64,000 nucleotides of DNA. It comes from a virus. How positions within the stretch are numbered: the stretch's first letter is position 1; every line of letters begins with the position of its first letter. Made by a program: the position numbers and the translations under genes. Below are positions 9,503-19,480 of this stretch, one piece after another. The DNA lies in the IMG/VR virus record IMGVR_UViG_3300032011_002687, positions 3,419-67,418 of that record; one strand, given 5' to 3'. The notes under the pieces are model-generated. The model saw only the letters and a list, made by a program, of their open reading frames with translations. It was not told the DNA's origin and searched no databases.

Positions 9503-10329
9503 GCTAATCTCCTATCGTCTTTGTTATCTACCTTTATTTTTGGATAATACTTTGGATGTAAGTGTCTAAATATTTCTTGGTCATCTGACATTTGTTTATG
9601 TTCAGGTGCTTCTGGTGGGTGTTGTGTGAACCTTTTATCATCTTTATACTTTAATGCTTCTCTCAATATTTCAATCATAAAATCTGTTCTTCCTATAACT
9701 ACCCCACAATTCAAATAATAACCATATTGATTATCTTCGTGATTCATAGCTTTCTCACCCCATTCTCCGTGAAATCCACCCTTGTTTCCAGCTCTGAATG
9801 TTGTTCCCATAAATAACAATTCACAATCATACTCATAAAATATATCTATAATTTTTTGTGGGTCATCTTTGAATATTACATCACCAGCATCACACCACAT
9901 CGTTAATTCTGTTGTTTTGTTGTTTTCCAAATACTCAAGTATCCATTGTTCTTTCATTAAGTGAGAATACATACCATACTCCTCAACTATCTTCTCGTCC
10001 GTTATATGGTGGCCACACACGGGTTTAGAAACAACTACGGGTGTTCCTATACCTAAATGTATTAAATTTTTCTCAAATATACTAACCTTTTTACCATCTT
10101 CTAATTCATATAATTGATTGTGTCTATGTAGTTTAGATTCAGCACTTCCCAACTCATCATCAACATAATTGTGGGCAGTGATAAAGGTTATGTTATCTGG
10201 TTTAGTATATTTATTTTTTAAATAACCAGTATCAAGCATATAATTCATTGCATCTCTGGCGTGTGGACCAGCGTGTATGATTGGTTGTTTTATTTCTAAT
10301 TGTGGTGCTTTCATATGTGTATCACTCAT
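9490..10329 (-). CDS. Glycosyltransferase resembling the PLOD/LH3 GT domain
   Basis: WCDAGDVIF, YLNCGVVIG, SDDQEIF motifs. Confidence 0.65.
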   Translation of the reverse strand: MSDTHMKAPQLEIKQPIIHAGPHARDAMNYMLDTGYLKNKYTKPDNITFITAHNYVDDELGSAESKLHRHNQLYELEDGKKVSIFEKNLIHLGIGTPVVVSKPVCGHHITDEKIVEEYGMYSHLMKEQWILEYLENNKTTELTMWCDAGDVIFKDDPQKIIDIFYEYDCELLFMGTTFRAGNKGGFHGEWGEKAMNHEDNQYGYYLNCGVVIGRTDFMIEILREALKYKDDKRFTQHPPEAPEHKQMSDDQEIFRHLHPKYYPKIKVDNKDDRRLAWRY

Positions 10330-11000
10330 AATCTATCCATTATATATTCTGCAAATAATTCGTGAGCTTTTTCATTTGGATGATGGTCTGGTTTTAATCC
10401 AGCATACTCTAATGAAAACTCACGAAAGGTTTCACTTGGATTAACTAAACTTGGGAATCTATCCGTATCAATATTTTGTATATACAATTTATTAATTTTA
10501 TCTAAATCAAACCCATCAATTATCTCTGCTCCAGTCTGATTCCACATAATATGTTCTCCTGCATCAATCTTAAAGAAGAAATAATTTATATTGTGTTTTT
10601 TTAGGAATGATTCCACAACCATAACTTCCCACATAAAATCCAACATATCCTTTTCTGTAGATTGAAATACTCCATAATAATAATATGGAGCATCTTGTCT
10701 ATCACTTACTGAGTTTGGTGTTAAACCTTTCCAACCATTATCAAAATATTCCCATCTTGAAACTAAACTCCAACCTATTACTACATCCAAATCTTTTGGG
10801 TCATTTCCATCATCGATATACTTCATAAGATAATCCATAGTTTTTCTACAAATCTCTTCATTCCCAGCTCCACATCTTGCCTCATTTACAACATACATAT
10901 CTCTCGTATATGCAATCAGATTTGGAAACCTTTCAACTTCAGGATGATTTAACTCATCCCCAAGTGTAAAACTACAACCATTTGCGTATAATGTTCTCAT
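10326..11000 (-). CDS. SGNH-fold hydrolase/acyltransferase-like protein
   Basis: NGCSFT.G block I, GAGN, DHHPNEKAH block V. Confidence 0.7.
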   Translation of the reverse strand: MRTLYANGCSFTLGDELNHPEVERFPNLIAYTRDMYVVNEARCGAGNEEICRKTMDYLMKYIDDGNDPKDLDVVIGWSLVSRWEYFDNGWKGLTPNSVSDRQDAPYYYYGVFQSTEKDMLDFMWEVMVVESFLKKHNINYFFFKIDAGEHIMWNQTGAEIIDGFDLDKINKLYIQNIDTDRFPSLVNPSETFREFSLEYAGLKPDHHPNEKAHELFAEYIMDRL

Positions 11001-11908
11001 ACTTTTGGCATCCTCTCAAAATAGTGTTGAATCATTCTTCCATTTTTAGAATCATATATCCAATCCAACCCATGCTTATCTATTAATTTTGTTAATTGTT
11101 TTGGTGTGGGATTATCTAATGCCCAACCTTGATTTGTATTTGCCTGTGTTTTAATAACTTGAGTACCAACTTCAATTCCATCCTCATTATATTCAGAGAA
11201 TCTATAAGGTTCTCTTATTAATAATGATAATCCACCATTCTGTGGTTTCATAACACAAATCCCATTTAAGTGTAAGTGTTCTGCTGGAAATACATGCATT
11301 AACACCTCACCATCATAATCTTTATTCATCCACATATCATCAAACATTTTTGAAAATATATCAAACACTTTTGGTGAACCTAAAAAATAATAATCGTGTG
11401 TCCAAAATGAATGATTCCATTTCTCCAGTTCTGGTGAGTAAACACTATGAATTTTCATCCCACTCTTAGAAAACATATTTCTATCAGTTATTTGATTTCT
11501 CGTGAGTTCATCTACAAGACCATCTAAAGTTTTTCTAAGTATTACCATATCACATCTTGTTTGTAATACAGCATCATATTCTTCATCGTGTGAGTTTCTC
11601 AAATCATTTACTTTTTTAAGTGTATAACAATAATGTGGTTGATGATGTCCTGCCTCGTGTGATTTCAAATCATAAGGACAATCTTCTTCTTTTAATACTT
11701 CCCATTTAGTAGTCCAATCGAGTTCATTATAATCTAATGCGGTATCAAATTTTTCATAATCATTATCAATTGTATCCCAAATACTCACAAAAAAATCAAA
11801 CTCTATATTATCATATAAATTATTCCAATGTTTAAATAAATGTTGAGTGGTTTCCAAGTGTTTTGGATGTCCGTTTAACATAACCGCTATTTTAAAATTA
11901 TCTTTCAT
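10997..11908 (-). CDS. Hypothetical protein, possibly glycan-related
   Basis: 303 aa; KIAVMLNG...YDAVLQTRCD...DYYFLG pattern seen in phage glycan loci. Confidence 0.5.
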   Translation of the reverse strand: MKDNFKIAVMLNGHPKHLETTQHLFKHWNNLYDNIEFDFFVSIWDTIDNDYEKFDTALDYNELDWTTKWEVLKEEDCPYDLKSHEAGHHQPHYCYTLKKVNDLRNSHDEEYDAVLQTRCDMVILRKTLDGLVDELTRNQITDRNMFSKSGMKIHSVYSPELEKWNHSFWTHDYYFLGSPKVFDIFSKMFDDMWMNKDYDGEVLMHVFPAEHLHLNGICVMKPQNGGLSLLIREPYRFSEYNEDGIEVGTQVIKTQANTNQGWALDNPTPKQLTKLIDKHGLDWIYDSKNGRMIQHYFERMPKV

Positions 11909-12048
11909 TTGTAAATAAATGGGTCCTTAGATTTTAATTTTTTCAGTTTCTTATCAATTTTTCTTTTGAGTTTCCAATCCCAATACTTGTTTTTAAGCCA
12001 GTGATAGATTTTAAACTCACCCCAAAATAAATTATCCCAAAAACTCAC
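11905..12048 (-). CDS. Small basic hypothetical protein (47 aa)
   Basis: Manual: GTG start overlapping upstream TGA; MSFWDNLFWGEFKIYHWLKNKYWDWKLKRKIDKKLKKLKSKDPFIYK; stop overlaps next ATG. Confidence 0.6.
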   Translation of the reverse strand: MSFWDNLFWGEFKIYHWLKNKYWDWKLKRKIDKKLKKLKSKDPFIYK

Positions 12049-13028
12049 AATACTTCCTTTAAAATCTCATCCCAATTATTGGTAAATTTGATACCTCTAT
12101 CATCAATGTAATATTCTGCTCTTGGCTTTTCCCAAGTAATCTCATCTACATATTGTAACACATCGTGTTTATCTAACCATTCCTCTACCAACTCAATACC
12201 AGTCTTTCCATTTACTAATGGTCTATCTGGTCTACCTTTTGCAGTGAAGATTATTATATTCCATTTACTATACAATTGTTTTAACGCATCTAAACTACCT
12301 GGTAGTGGTTCTCCGTAACAAGTACCATCATACCAACCTTTATCCATATTATGAATAACACCATCAAAATCAACTGCAATATTCTTTTGTTCATCTTCAA
12401 ATCCAGGTGGTACATTTAGATTAGATATTTCTGTATTAACTTCTGATTCTATTCCCAATTCATCAAATCTTCTTTGATTTGCTTTTCCAGCAATCGTAGG
12501 ACATTTGAACCCAGCACTATGTATTAGTTCGTAAGTTAACGCGAGTGATAATATTTCTGAAGTATGGTAGTTTATAACATCAAAACTTATAGGGATAATT
12601 CTTTCATCTAAATCTTCCTTTGGTTGTGCACTCCATAAACATCCATCCATACCATTTTCAACTGCATAATTCAACGCGTTTACTAATGAGTTTGATGATG
12701 CTCCAGTCGTTGAACAACTCATACCGATTGCCAAACATTTAGAAGTATCCAATCCTCGTGTTCTTATCTCTAACCATTTTGCTAACCAAGTTTCAAATGA
12801 TTCATCTGAAATAATTGATGTTGCAAGAACTCCACTACCTGGTGCAATAACATTCTTATCTGTTAACCTTGAGATATCTATTGCTGCATGGTCTGCGACT
12901 CCAAGATTACCACCATGTCCAAACAAAAATATATGTTCTGCATCATTGAACTTTCTCTGTAGTTCTTTCCACTCATTGGTTCTACCTATACTATTAAACT
13001 TTCTATCAAAATTTTCTATATTAACCAT
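12045..13028 (-). CDS. SIS-domain phosphosugar isomerase (GmhA-like) fused to HAD phosphatase
   Basis: FLFGHGGNLGVADH (SIS) at N-terminus; IAVDFDGVIH, IIFTAK, YYIDDR (HAD) at C-terminus. Confidence 0.8.
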   Translation of the reverse strand: MVNIENFDRKFNSIGRTNEWKELQRKFNDAEHIFLFGHGGNLGVADHAAIDISRLTDKNVIAPGSGVLATSIISDESFETWLAKWLEIRTRGLDTSKCLAIGMSCSTTGASSNSLVNALNYAVENGMDGCLWSAQPKEDLDERIIPISFDVINYHTSEILSLALTYELIHSAGFKCPTIAGKANQRRFDELGIESEVNTEISNLNVPPGFEDEQKNIAVDFDGVIHNMDKGWYDGTCYGEPLPGSLDALKQLYSKWNIIIFTAKGRPDRPLVNGKTGIELVEEWLDKHDVLQYVDEITWEKPRAEYYIDDRGIKFTNNWDEILKEVL

Positions 13029-14049
13029 TTGTCTCTTCCTCATTAATTTCCTTAAACATCTCAACTACATGCTCTATATAATTTCGTGCATCGTACACTT
13101 TTAAATATTGCTCTCTTGCATAATGAGTTACTTTTTCGTTAAGATTATCAAAATCATCTATAATACTACTAATCACCTCATTTAAATTTGACCAATCATA
13201 CTGACAACCAAAATAAGTTTTACCATCTATATACATATTAGGTGCAGTATCAATTAAATCCATCGTTGGTTTAACCATTATTGTACTCGTTGCCCATATC
13301 TCAAAATCTCTGAAACATATCTCACCCATACCAAATGGTGATAAACAAACCTTTGAATTATATAAATAGTTAATATACTCTTGATAAGGTAATTTATCTT
13401 TATTGGATATGAAATCAATACTTAACTCATCCCAAGCACCCTTTCTATGTTTGGTGTATGGAATATCATTTCGTATCTCGTGTTCGTAATTCTCTTTGTG
13501 TTCTGCTTGATATATTGCACAAACATCGTGTGGTTTTACATTTGCTGGTGGCATAATTAAATTCTGGTCAAATAGATGTCCTTGTAGATAACCAAGATTC
13601 CATCCACTCAATGCTATCTTTTTCCACTCATCTTCAGTTATATCGTAACTTAGATTATTATCACCTTTACCCCAAAACCATCTTCCAAAATCCATCGGAT
13701 TATTATACAACTCTCGCTTTAATAATTGGTTTTTTATGTAACGCGTTGGATTAGTATTTCGCATTACCTCAATACCACCCATTAACGATGTTGAATCTGA
13801 ACCATCGAACATCATAAACCTACCACCTTGTGATAGTTTTTCTACATTTTCACTTCCCCACTCAATACTATATTTCAATGGTATTTTCTTGTTTATGAAA
13901 TCATGCATACCAATAAACATTACATCAAAATCATCTGATTCAGTTATTTCTATACCATAATTTTTGAAGTGTTCTCTACACGCCATAAATATTCTGAATG
14001 TTGGTTCGTTCCTATCGAGTGTAGGATTTATAACTTTTACTTTTATCAT
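13021..14049 (-). CDS. GT-B glycosyltransferase-like protein
   Basis: YLYNSKVCLSPFGMGEICFRDFE C-terminal motif. Confidence 0.7.
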   Translation of the reverse strand: MIKVKVINPTLDRNEPTFRIFMACREHFKNYGIEITESDDFDVMFIGMHDFINKKIPLKYSIEWGSENVEKLSQGGRFMMFDGSDSTSLMGGIEVMRNTNPTRYIKNQLLKRELYNNPMDFGRWFWGKGDNNLSYDITEDEWKKIALSGWNLGYLQGHLFDQNLIMPPANVKPHDVCAIYQAEHKENYEHEIRNDIPYTKHRKGAWDELSIDFISNKDKLPYQEYINYLYNSKVCLSPFGMGEICFRDFEIWATSTIMVKPTMDLIDTAPNMYIDGKTYFGCQYDWSNLNEVISSIIDDFDNLNEKVTHYAREQYLKVYDARNYIEHVVEMFKEINEEETNG

Positions 14050-14666
14050 AAATAATTATCCATTGTTATTGCAGTATATAACTGATTTTGGGTTTCTTGT
14101 TTGTGTATTGTTTTAGGATGATACAAACTCAATTCCTCTTGTGGTGGGATATGAGCATATGTTTTACAACCTGTAATTTGTTCGTGTACTGGTCGTTGCC
14201 ATCTAATTCTTTTATCATTTTTAAAAACTCTTGATTGGTAATCTGGATAATTAATCCAACCTTGTTCTGTTTGTTTCCAACCCCAAGTGTTTAAGTGTGC
14301 TTGAGTAATACCATCGACTGTATTTATTCTTGGTATCCAAATTAAATCAACTTGATTTATCTCAAGTATTTGTTTTAATTGTTGAACCAATATAACATTT
14401 GGATATTCATCCGCATCTATGTGAAAGATGTAATCACCACTACATTTTTCAATTACAAAATTTTTATGTTTTGCAAAATCACCACCAAGTTTTCTTTGAT
14501 GATGTTCTACATCATATTTCTTAATTATATTTTGAGTTTCTTCATTTGAAAAATCATCAACTATAACAACTTCATCTTCAGAATCTATATTCTCTGTTAA
14601 TATTTCTAATAACTGATTTAACTCTTCGTGTTCATTGTGGACAGTGATTCCATAACTAATTTTCAA
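14046..14666 (-). CDS. Glycosyltransferase family 2
   Basis: ISYGITVHNE, IVDDFS, FHIDADE, VHEQI; TTG start inferred after GAGG. Confidence 0.88.
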   Translation of the reverse strand: MKISYGITVHNEHEELNQLLEILTENIDSEDEVVIVDDFSNEETQNIIKKYDVEHHQRKLGGDFAKHKNFVIEKCSGDYIFHIDADEYPNVILVQQLKQILEINQVDLIWIPRINTVDGITQAHLNTWGWKQTEQGWINYPDYQSRVFKNDKRIRWQRPVHEQITGCKTYAHIPPQEELSLYHPKTIHKQETQNQLYTAITMDNYL

Positions 14667-15162
14667 TTCCAGCCTCAATTTGTTTTTGGAACTTTCGTTC
14701 CATTTCTTTACTAAATTCATCTAATGTATCTTTTGGTATTTTACTATAATCTACTTCAAGATACACTCTTCGTTTTAAACATTCTCTTCTATCAAATGTT
14801 CTGTAATTTTGATATTGACCAACCAATTGTTTTAATCTTTTATACATTACTGATGTTTGTGCTTTTGAAACTCTATCAGGTAAATCTGCTGCAATAGAAC
14901 CCTCTTCAAATTCTAATCCACCAAGTTTACCAAATAATTTTTCAATTTTAGTTTCAGTTAATGGTCTTGTTATTGCGGTATCTAATACTAATCCTGCAAC
15001 AAATCTTTTAATTCTTTTGGTAGTTTTTTTTCTAAATCGTAAATCTGGATTTAACATCAAGATGGTTCTCTTATATCCACGAGTCTCACCTTTTGATTTA
15101 TACATAAAGGTTACTATTTGACCTGGTTCAACTTGATGCCATGCTGTATTCTTTATCGCCAC
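14656..15162 (-). CDS. Hypothetical protein
   Basis: 168 aa ORF in operon, no recognised motif. Confidence 0.6.
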   Translation of the reverse strand: MAIKNTAWHQVEPGQIVTFMYKSKGETRGYKRTILMLNPDLRFRKKTTKRIKRFVAGLVLDTAITRPLTETKIEKLFGKLGGLEFEEGSIAADLPDRVSKAQTSVMYKRLKQLVGQYQNYRTFDRRECLKRRVYLEVDYSKIPKDTLDEFSKEMERKFQKQIEAGIEN

Positions 15163-15623
15163 TAATCAAGGTCCTTGATTATACCCATATCCTTACAAGC
15201 ATCTAAAAACTCATATTGCCCATAGGTTTTTGCAGTTTCTACATCTAATATACTATCGTGACCTTTGTATTTATCATCCTTTAATTCTAATGCAGTTAAT
15301 TTACGAACTTCTGCTAATTTATAGTTCCAACTATTTTGAGTACCATCTGGATAAATTACTCCCAACTTTCCCATATTTAAAACTGATGGAAACCACATAA
15401 GTTTTCTCTCTTCATCATAAAAAGAAATATCATTCATCAATTGTGATGAACCTAATTGTGCTTTTTTAAGTTCTGGTGAATCCCACTCGTATGTTGAATT
15501 ACTTGTGAATCCACAATTAAAACACATATACGATTTAAAATCTTTACCCTCAACTTCTTGAGTATCTTCAAAACATCTCTTGTCATTAAAACAATTTGGA
15601 CAGGTTATTATTTTTTCAGCCAT
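15162..15623 (-). CDS. Hypothetical protein with N-terminal Zn ribbon
   Basis: CPNC...CFNCG pair. Confidence 0.6.
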   Translation of the reverse strand: MAEKIITCPNCFNDKRCFEDTQEVEGKDFKSYMCFNCGFTSNSTYEWDSPELKKAQLGSSQLMNDISFYDEERKLMWFPSVLNMGKLGVIYPDGTQNSWNYKLAEVRKLTALELKDDKYKGHDSILDVETAKTYGQYEFLDACKDMGIIKDLD

Positions 15624-15624
15624 T

Positions 15625-16938
15625 TTACACCTTTTTCAGTTTGGGTAATTTCAACCCTTTATTATCTTCTACTTTATTTAACTTAGGTAGTTTCAATTCT
15701 ACTGCTTTTGGAACTGATTCTACTATTGGGTCAATGATAGATTCAAGTTTATTCTTCATTGATTCATACGAGAATTGCTTCTTTGTGTATGCTTGTAATT
15801 GTTTTCCCTTTACTTGGTACTTACTATAATTATTATGAATCTCACTAAAAACACTTGATGCTACATTATAATTGACTGTAATCCATTTATTTTCTGGACT
15901 ATTGAATGCCATATCCTTTGGAAATGCTTCCATAGGAACTTTAGTTAATGAACCAGGTAATAACTGAGCATAGTTTTTATGTAAGAAATCTACATGTCCA
16001 CTCCAACCTGGTGCAACTACTGGTTTACCACTCTGTGCTGCTTCTAATAATGGTCTACCAAATCCCTCTCCGTGAGTGAATGTGACATGAGCTTTTACCT
16101 TTGGATGATTATACATTTCATTCATCTCATTATCTGTAAAATCTCCGTGTATTAAATAGATATTTGGAAGTTTACTACCAACTATACCTTTTTTGATATA
16201 TTTAATTTTCTTTAAAATATCTTCCCTATCTAATATAGAAAAATCTGCACCACTTGTTTTAAGTAATAAAGCAGGTTGATTTCTTGTATTCTTGAATGTT
16301 TCTAAAAATACTTTAATCAACATACCTACATCTTTTCTATCTTGTCCAATTGAACCACCCAACCAATGACCAGTAAATAAATAACAAAAATCTTCTGTAA
16401 TAGGTTTGAATGCATCTTTAACCGTCTTACCAATCTTCTTGGTTTCCTTATAAACATTTGTATCAACACCCTCAAATAAAACCTCTGATGGTTTTTGCAT
16501 TTTTATTTGTCTCTGTTGTTTCTCATCATTAAATTCTGCTTGTTCGAAAACATTTTTAGAAAACTCTGAAGTGAATATTGTGGTATCCATTCTATTTACA
16601 CCATCTACCCAACTCGGTATTGGTATAGTGGATTCCATTCCAGCTGTCATACCAATATTTTTTTTACCTATTGGTTGAAACTCACTTGGAATAACTATAT
16701 GTAAATGTACATCAGGTTGTTTTTCTAAGTTTGGACCTGAAATTAAATGTGATTTAATTTTATCGTGTTGTGGATTACCATCTTCCAATGCAGTCATCGG
16801 TGTACTTCCCCATCTTACGGAATTAATTTTCACATTGTATTTATCTGATTCAATCAACGCAGAACAAATATCTCGTGAGTGATTTCCGTACCCACTACGA
16901 GTTTTTACTGGTGCTGTTACTAATATTAATGGTTTCAT
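15625..16938 (-). CDS. Glycosyltransferase family 4 (GT-B)
   Basis: SGYG, RKDV, HGEGFGRPLLEA (Ex7E). Confidence 0.9.
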   Translation of the reverse strand: MKPLILVTAPVKTRSGYGNHSRDICSALIESDKYNVKINSVRWGSTPMTALEDGNPQHDKIKSHLISGPNLEKQPDVHLHIVIPSEFQPIGKKNIGMTAGMESTIPIPSWVDGVNRMDTTIFTSEFSKNVFEQAEFNDEKQQRQIKMQKPSEVLFEGVDTNVYKETKKIGKTVKDAFKPITEDFCYLFTGHWLGGSIGQDRKDVGMLIKVFLETFKNTRNQPALLLKTSGADFSILDREDILKKIKYIKKGIVGSKLPNIYLIHGDFTDNEMNEMYNHPKVKAHVTFTHGEGFGRPLLEAAQSGKPVVAPGWSGHVDFLHKNYAQLLPGSLTKVPMEAFPKDMAFNSPENKWITVNYNVASSVFSEIHNNYSKYQVKGKQLQAYTKKQFSYESMKNKLESIIDPIVESVPKAVELKLPKLNKVEDNKGLKLPKLKKV

Positions 16939-16941
16939 ATC

Positions 16942-18378
16942 TTACGCCTTATATGTGTTAACTTTTTTTCTTGGTGTCCATTTTTCAAATGCAGTTTCCA
17001 TATGGTCTATGAAATTTTTACACATCCATCGTGCACTCATCATAGATTCATCTCCACTAACCCATTCGTGTCCTTTGAACCCACACTCATCTCTTGCTTC
17101 TTTACCCATCTCATACCATTCTTTAATCCTAACGGCAGCATCTTGCCAATCACATCTGTCATCAAAAATGTATGGTGTTGGAACTGAACCCATCAATGAA
17201 CGAGTCTTAGGCCAAACTGGTTTACACCACTCACCCCAAGTTAATTCTTCATTGTGTTCCCACTCTTTCCAATTATGTAGAGATTTGATTTCTTTATAAT
17301 CTTCTGCAGTTAAAAGTTTATCATTTACTTTAAATCCTGCTTGGTCTTGTAATCCACCTGTAACATTCACGATGATTGGTGTTCCACTCATTAATGATTC
17401 ACAAGTTCCTAATCCGAATCCCTCGTTGGATGCAAGGTTCATTGTAACATCTGCAATATTGTATAAGAAATTCATTTGTTTATTTTCAAGTTTCTTAGTA
17501 CTAAACACCACATTTATTTCTGGTGCAATAGCATTAATTAATGCTGGTAAATCAGTTCCATTTCCATCAACTGGTTGTGTATGCATTACATATGTAACTT
17601 TATCTCTATCTTCCTTTGGAATGGTACTTACAAATTCTTTAAATGCAAGAATACAATCACCCATCATCTTTCTACGAATATTTCTATTCACATACAATAA
17701 TGTAAATTTATGTGGTTTATTACCTAATAACTCATTCTTAAATTTTCTCATCTCTAACAATTCCGCTTCATCCTTAATTGGATAGAATTGTGTTTCATTA
17801 ATTCCGTGTGGTAAGTATGTAGAATCCCAATCTGTTCTTGGTTTTTTCTTTGCAACCTCATCAACTAACCCAACTGTCTGTTTAGAAATATTCATAATCA
17901 AATCACAACTCTCATAAAAGAACTCGTTGTAATGTGGTGCAGGTAAATCATCCCAAATATTGTAATAGAAAATAGGTATGTTCTGTCTTAACTCGTGTTC
18001 CATATGATACAACCATCCCCAAAATCTTGGGTCTGTGTAGTGTAGAATTGCATCTGGCTTTTCAAGTTCCATAATTTCTTTTAGAATATCTGGATTACCA
18101 TAACCATCAATTGGATAAACTTTTAAGTATCCATCTGTAACACCAGTTTCTTCTTTTACAGCATCGTGCATATCAACCACTTTACCCTTATCTGGATGTT
18201 CTATTGCTCCACCAATCTGAACCCAATCGTATTTATCAATCGTACCCAATACAAATTCTCTCGACATCGTACCAACCCCACTTGACATACGAAGGTCATC
18301 TGATAGTAAAAGAATCTTTTTCTTCTTACGAGCTTGTACTTCTTTTACTGACTTTAATTTTGGTAATTTAATATCCAT
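16942..18378 (-). CDS. Glycosyltransferase family 4 (GT-B)
   Basis: SGVG, NRNIRRK, SNEGFGLGTCES, TGGLQDQ. Confidence 0.9.
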   Translation of the reverse strand: MDIKLPKLKSVKEVQARKKKKILLLSDDLRMSSGVGTMSREFVLGTIDKYDWVQIGGAIEHPDKGKVVDMHDAVKEETGVTDGYLKVYPIDGYGNPDILKEIMELEKPDAILHYTDPRFWGWLYHMEHELRQNIPIFYYNIWDDLPAPHYNEFFYESCDLIMNISKQTVGLVDEVAKKKPRTDWDSTYLPHGINETQFYPIKDEAELLEMRKFKNELLGNKPHKFTLLYVNRNIRRKMMGDCILAFKEFVSTIPKEDRDKVTYVMHTQPVDGNGTDLPALINAIAPEINVVFSTKKLENKQMNFLYNIADVTMNLASNEGFGLGTCESLMSGTPIIVNVTGGLQDQAGFKVNDKLLTAEDYKEIKSLHNWKEWEHNEELTWGEWCKPVWPKTRSLMGSVPTPYIFDDRCDWQDAAVRIKEWYEMGKEARDECGFKGHEWVSGDESMMSARWMCKNFIDHMETAFEKWTPRKKVNTYKA

Positions 18379-18399
18379 TTATAACCCTTATTATTTAAC

Positions 18400-18594
18400 T
18401 TAAAATTTACTTCCACTCTGTGTTAACTTATCGTGTTCGAGAATTTCTTTTCGAAACTCTTCATCATAAACAAACTTATTCAGCGTCCTGTTTACCAACT
18501 TCTGTAGTGAGAACTCCGACTCAATTGTCTCACTTTTAAACTTACTATATAACTCCGATATTACTTTTACCGAAGTTAATTTAATCTCTTTCAT
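18400..18594 (-). CDS. Small hypothetical protein (possible ribbon-helix-helix)
   Basis: 64 aa, LTSVKV beta strand followed by helices; own RBS and promoter motif. Confidence 0.55.
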   Translation of the reverse strand: MKEIKLTSVKVISELYSKFKSETIESEFSLQKLVNRTLNKFVYDEEFRKEILEHDKLTQSGSKF

Positions 18595-18636
18595 AATATA
18601 TCCTCAATCATTATATACATATATATAAATATATAC

Positions 18637-19044
18637 TTAATCAATAATAATGTATTTTTTTTCTATTTTATGTGAATACTTTAATGCGGATAATGTACCA
18701 TTAGTTACCTCACCATTAGTACAAAATGCAACTACTTTATCACTATACTCTACTAAATCTTTATTTCTTCTATGATAATGTCCCACATTATATGGTTTAC
18801 CATATCTAAATGATTCCATTACACAATGCATATTATGTGATTCGTGGTATGCAGGAAACTCAGAATATTTTACATCGAAATCTAATGCAAACTTCTTAGC
18901 ATATTTATCTGCTCCATCTTTTGCACCACCACTAACGATTTCTAATCTATTCTTAAACTTTTCTTTTAGTTCCCAAATAAATTTTTGAATCTTTCTGTTA
19001 TTTGTGTAACTCCGACTTCCGATGATTGCTATCTTCACCGTCAT
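18637..19044 (-). CDS. SLOG/DprA-like (YspA-type) nucleotide-binding protein
   Basis: IAIIGSR, IVSGGAKDGAD, RRNKDLV, GT. Confidence 0.8.
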   Translation of the reverse strand: MTVKIAIIGSRSYTNNRKIQKFIWELKEKFKNRLEIVSGGAKDGADKYAKKFALDFDVKYSEFPAYHESHNMHCVMESFRYGKPYNVGHYHRRNKDLVEYSDKVVAFCTNGEVTNGTLSALKYSHKIEKKYIIID

Positions 19045-19480
19045 TTCTTTTTTGTTTTTTGATTGGTTTATCATTTGTAACGAACTCATATATAACTTTA
19101 AATTCTTCTAATCCCTCTATAATATCTTTAGGTTCTACATATCTCCACGAGAATCTTGTATATTGATTCTTAATACCCGTTGCATCTGGTGTAAGGGAAT
19201 CCACCATTTTGTATGACATTACATCATACCATATAAAATCATTTTGTGTATCAAAATAGTATGGTCTGATAATAGTTTTAAAATTTGTGTGCTTTTCACT
19301 TTCCCAACTATCAAGAAAATCTTTTACTTCTTTTGCTTTTAAATCTGGTTCGTGATACCAAAAATATAATCTTGCACTACGAACATCATTTGAAATATCA
19401 GTTAACATCTTTATAATCTCTTCAGTATAACCACCTTTAATAACATCTGGTAAGTACAATCTTATATTTGGATTTATCAT
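18998..19480 (-). CDS. Hypothetical protein
   Basis: 160 aa ORF in operon. Confidence 0.55.
   Translation of the reverse strand: MINPNIRLYLPDVIKGGYTEEIIKMLTDISNDVRSARLYFWYHEPDLKAKEVKDFLDSWESEKHTNFKTIIRPYYFDTQNDFIWYDVMSYKMVDSLTPDATGIKNQYTRFSWRYVEPKDIIEGLEEFKVIYEFVTNDKPIKKQKRNDGEDSNHRKSELHK

Noticed and set aside
1-18378. Bacterial O-antigen/capsule locus (host contamination)
   Set aside because: Continuous with phage genes in strand, AT content and promoter motif; interspersed phage-type small ORFs; no export genes seen
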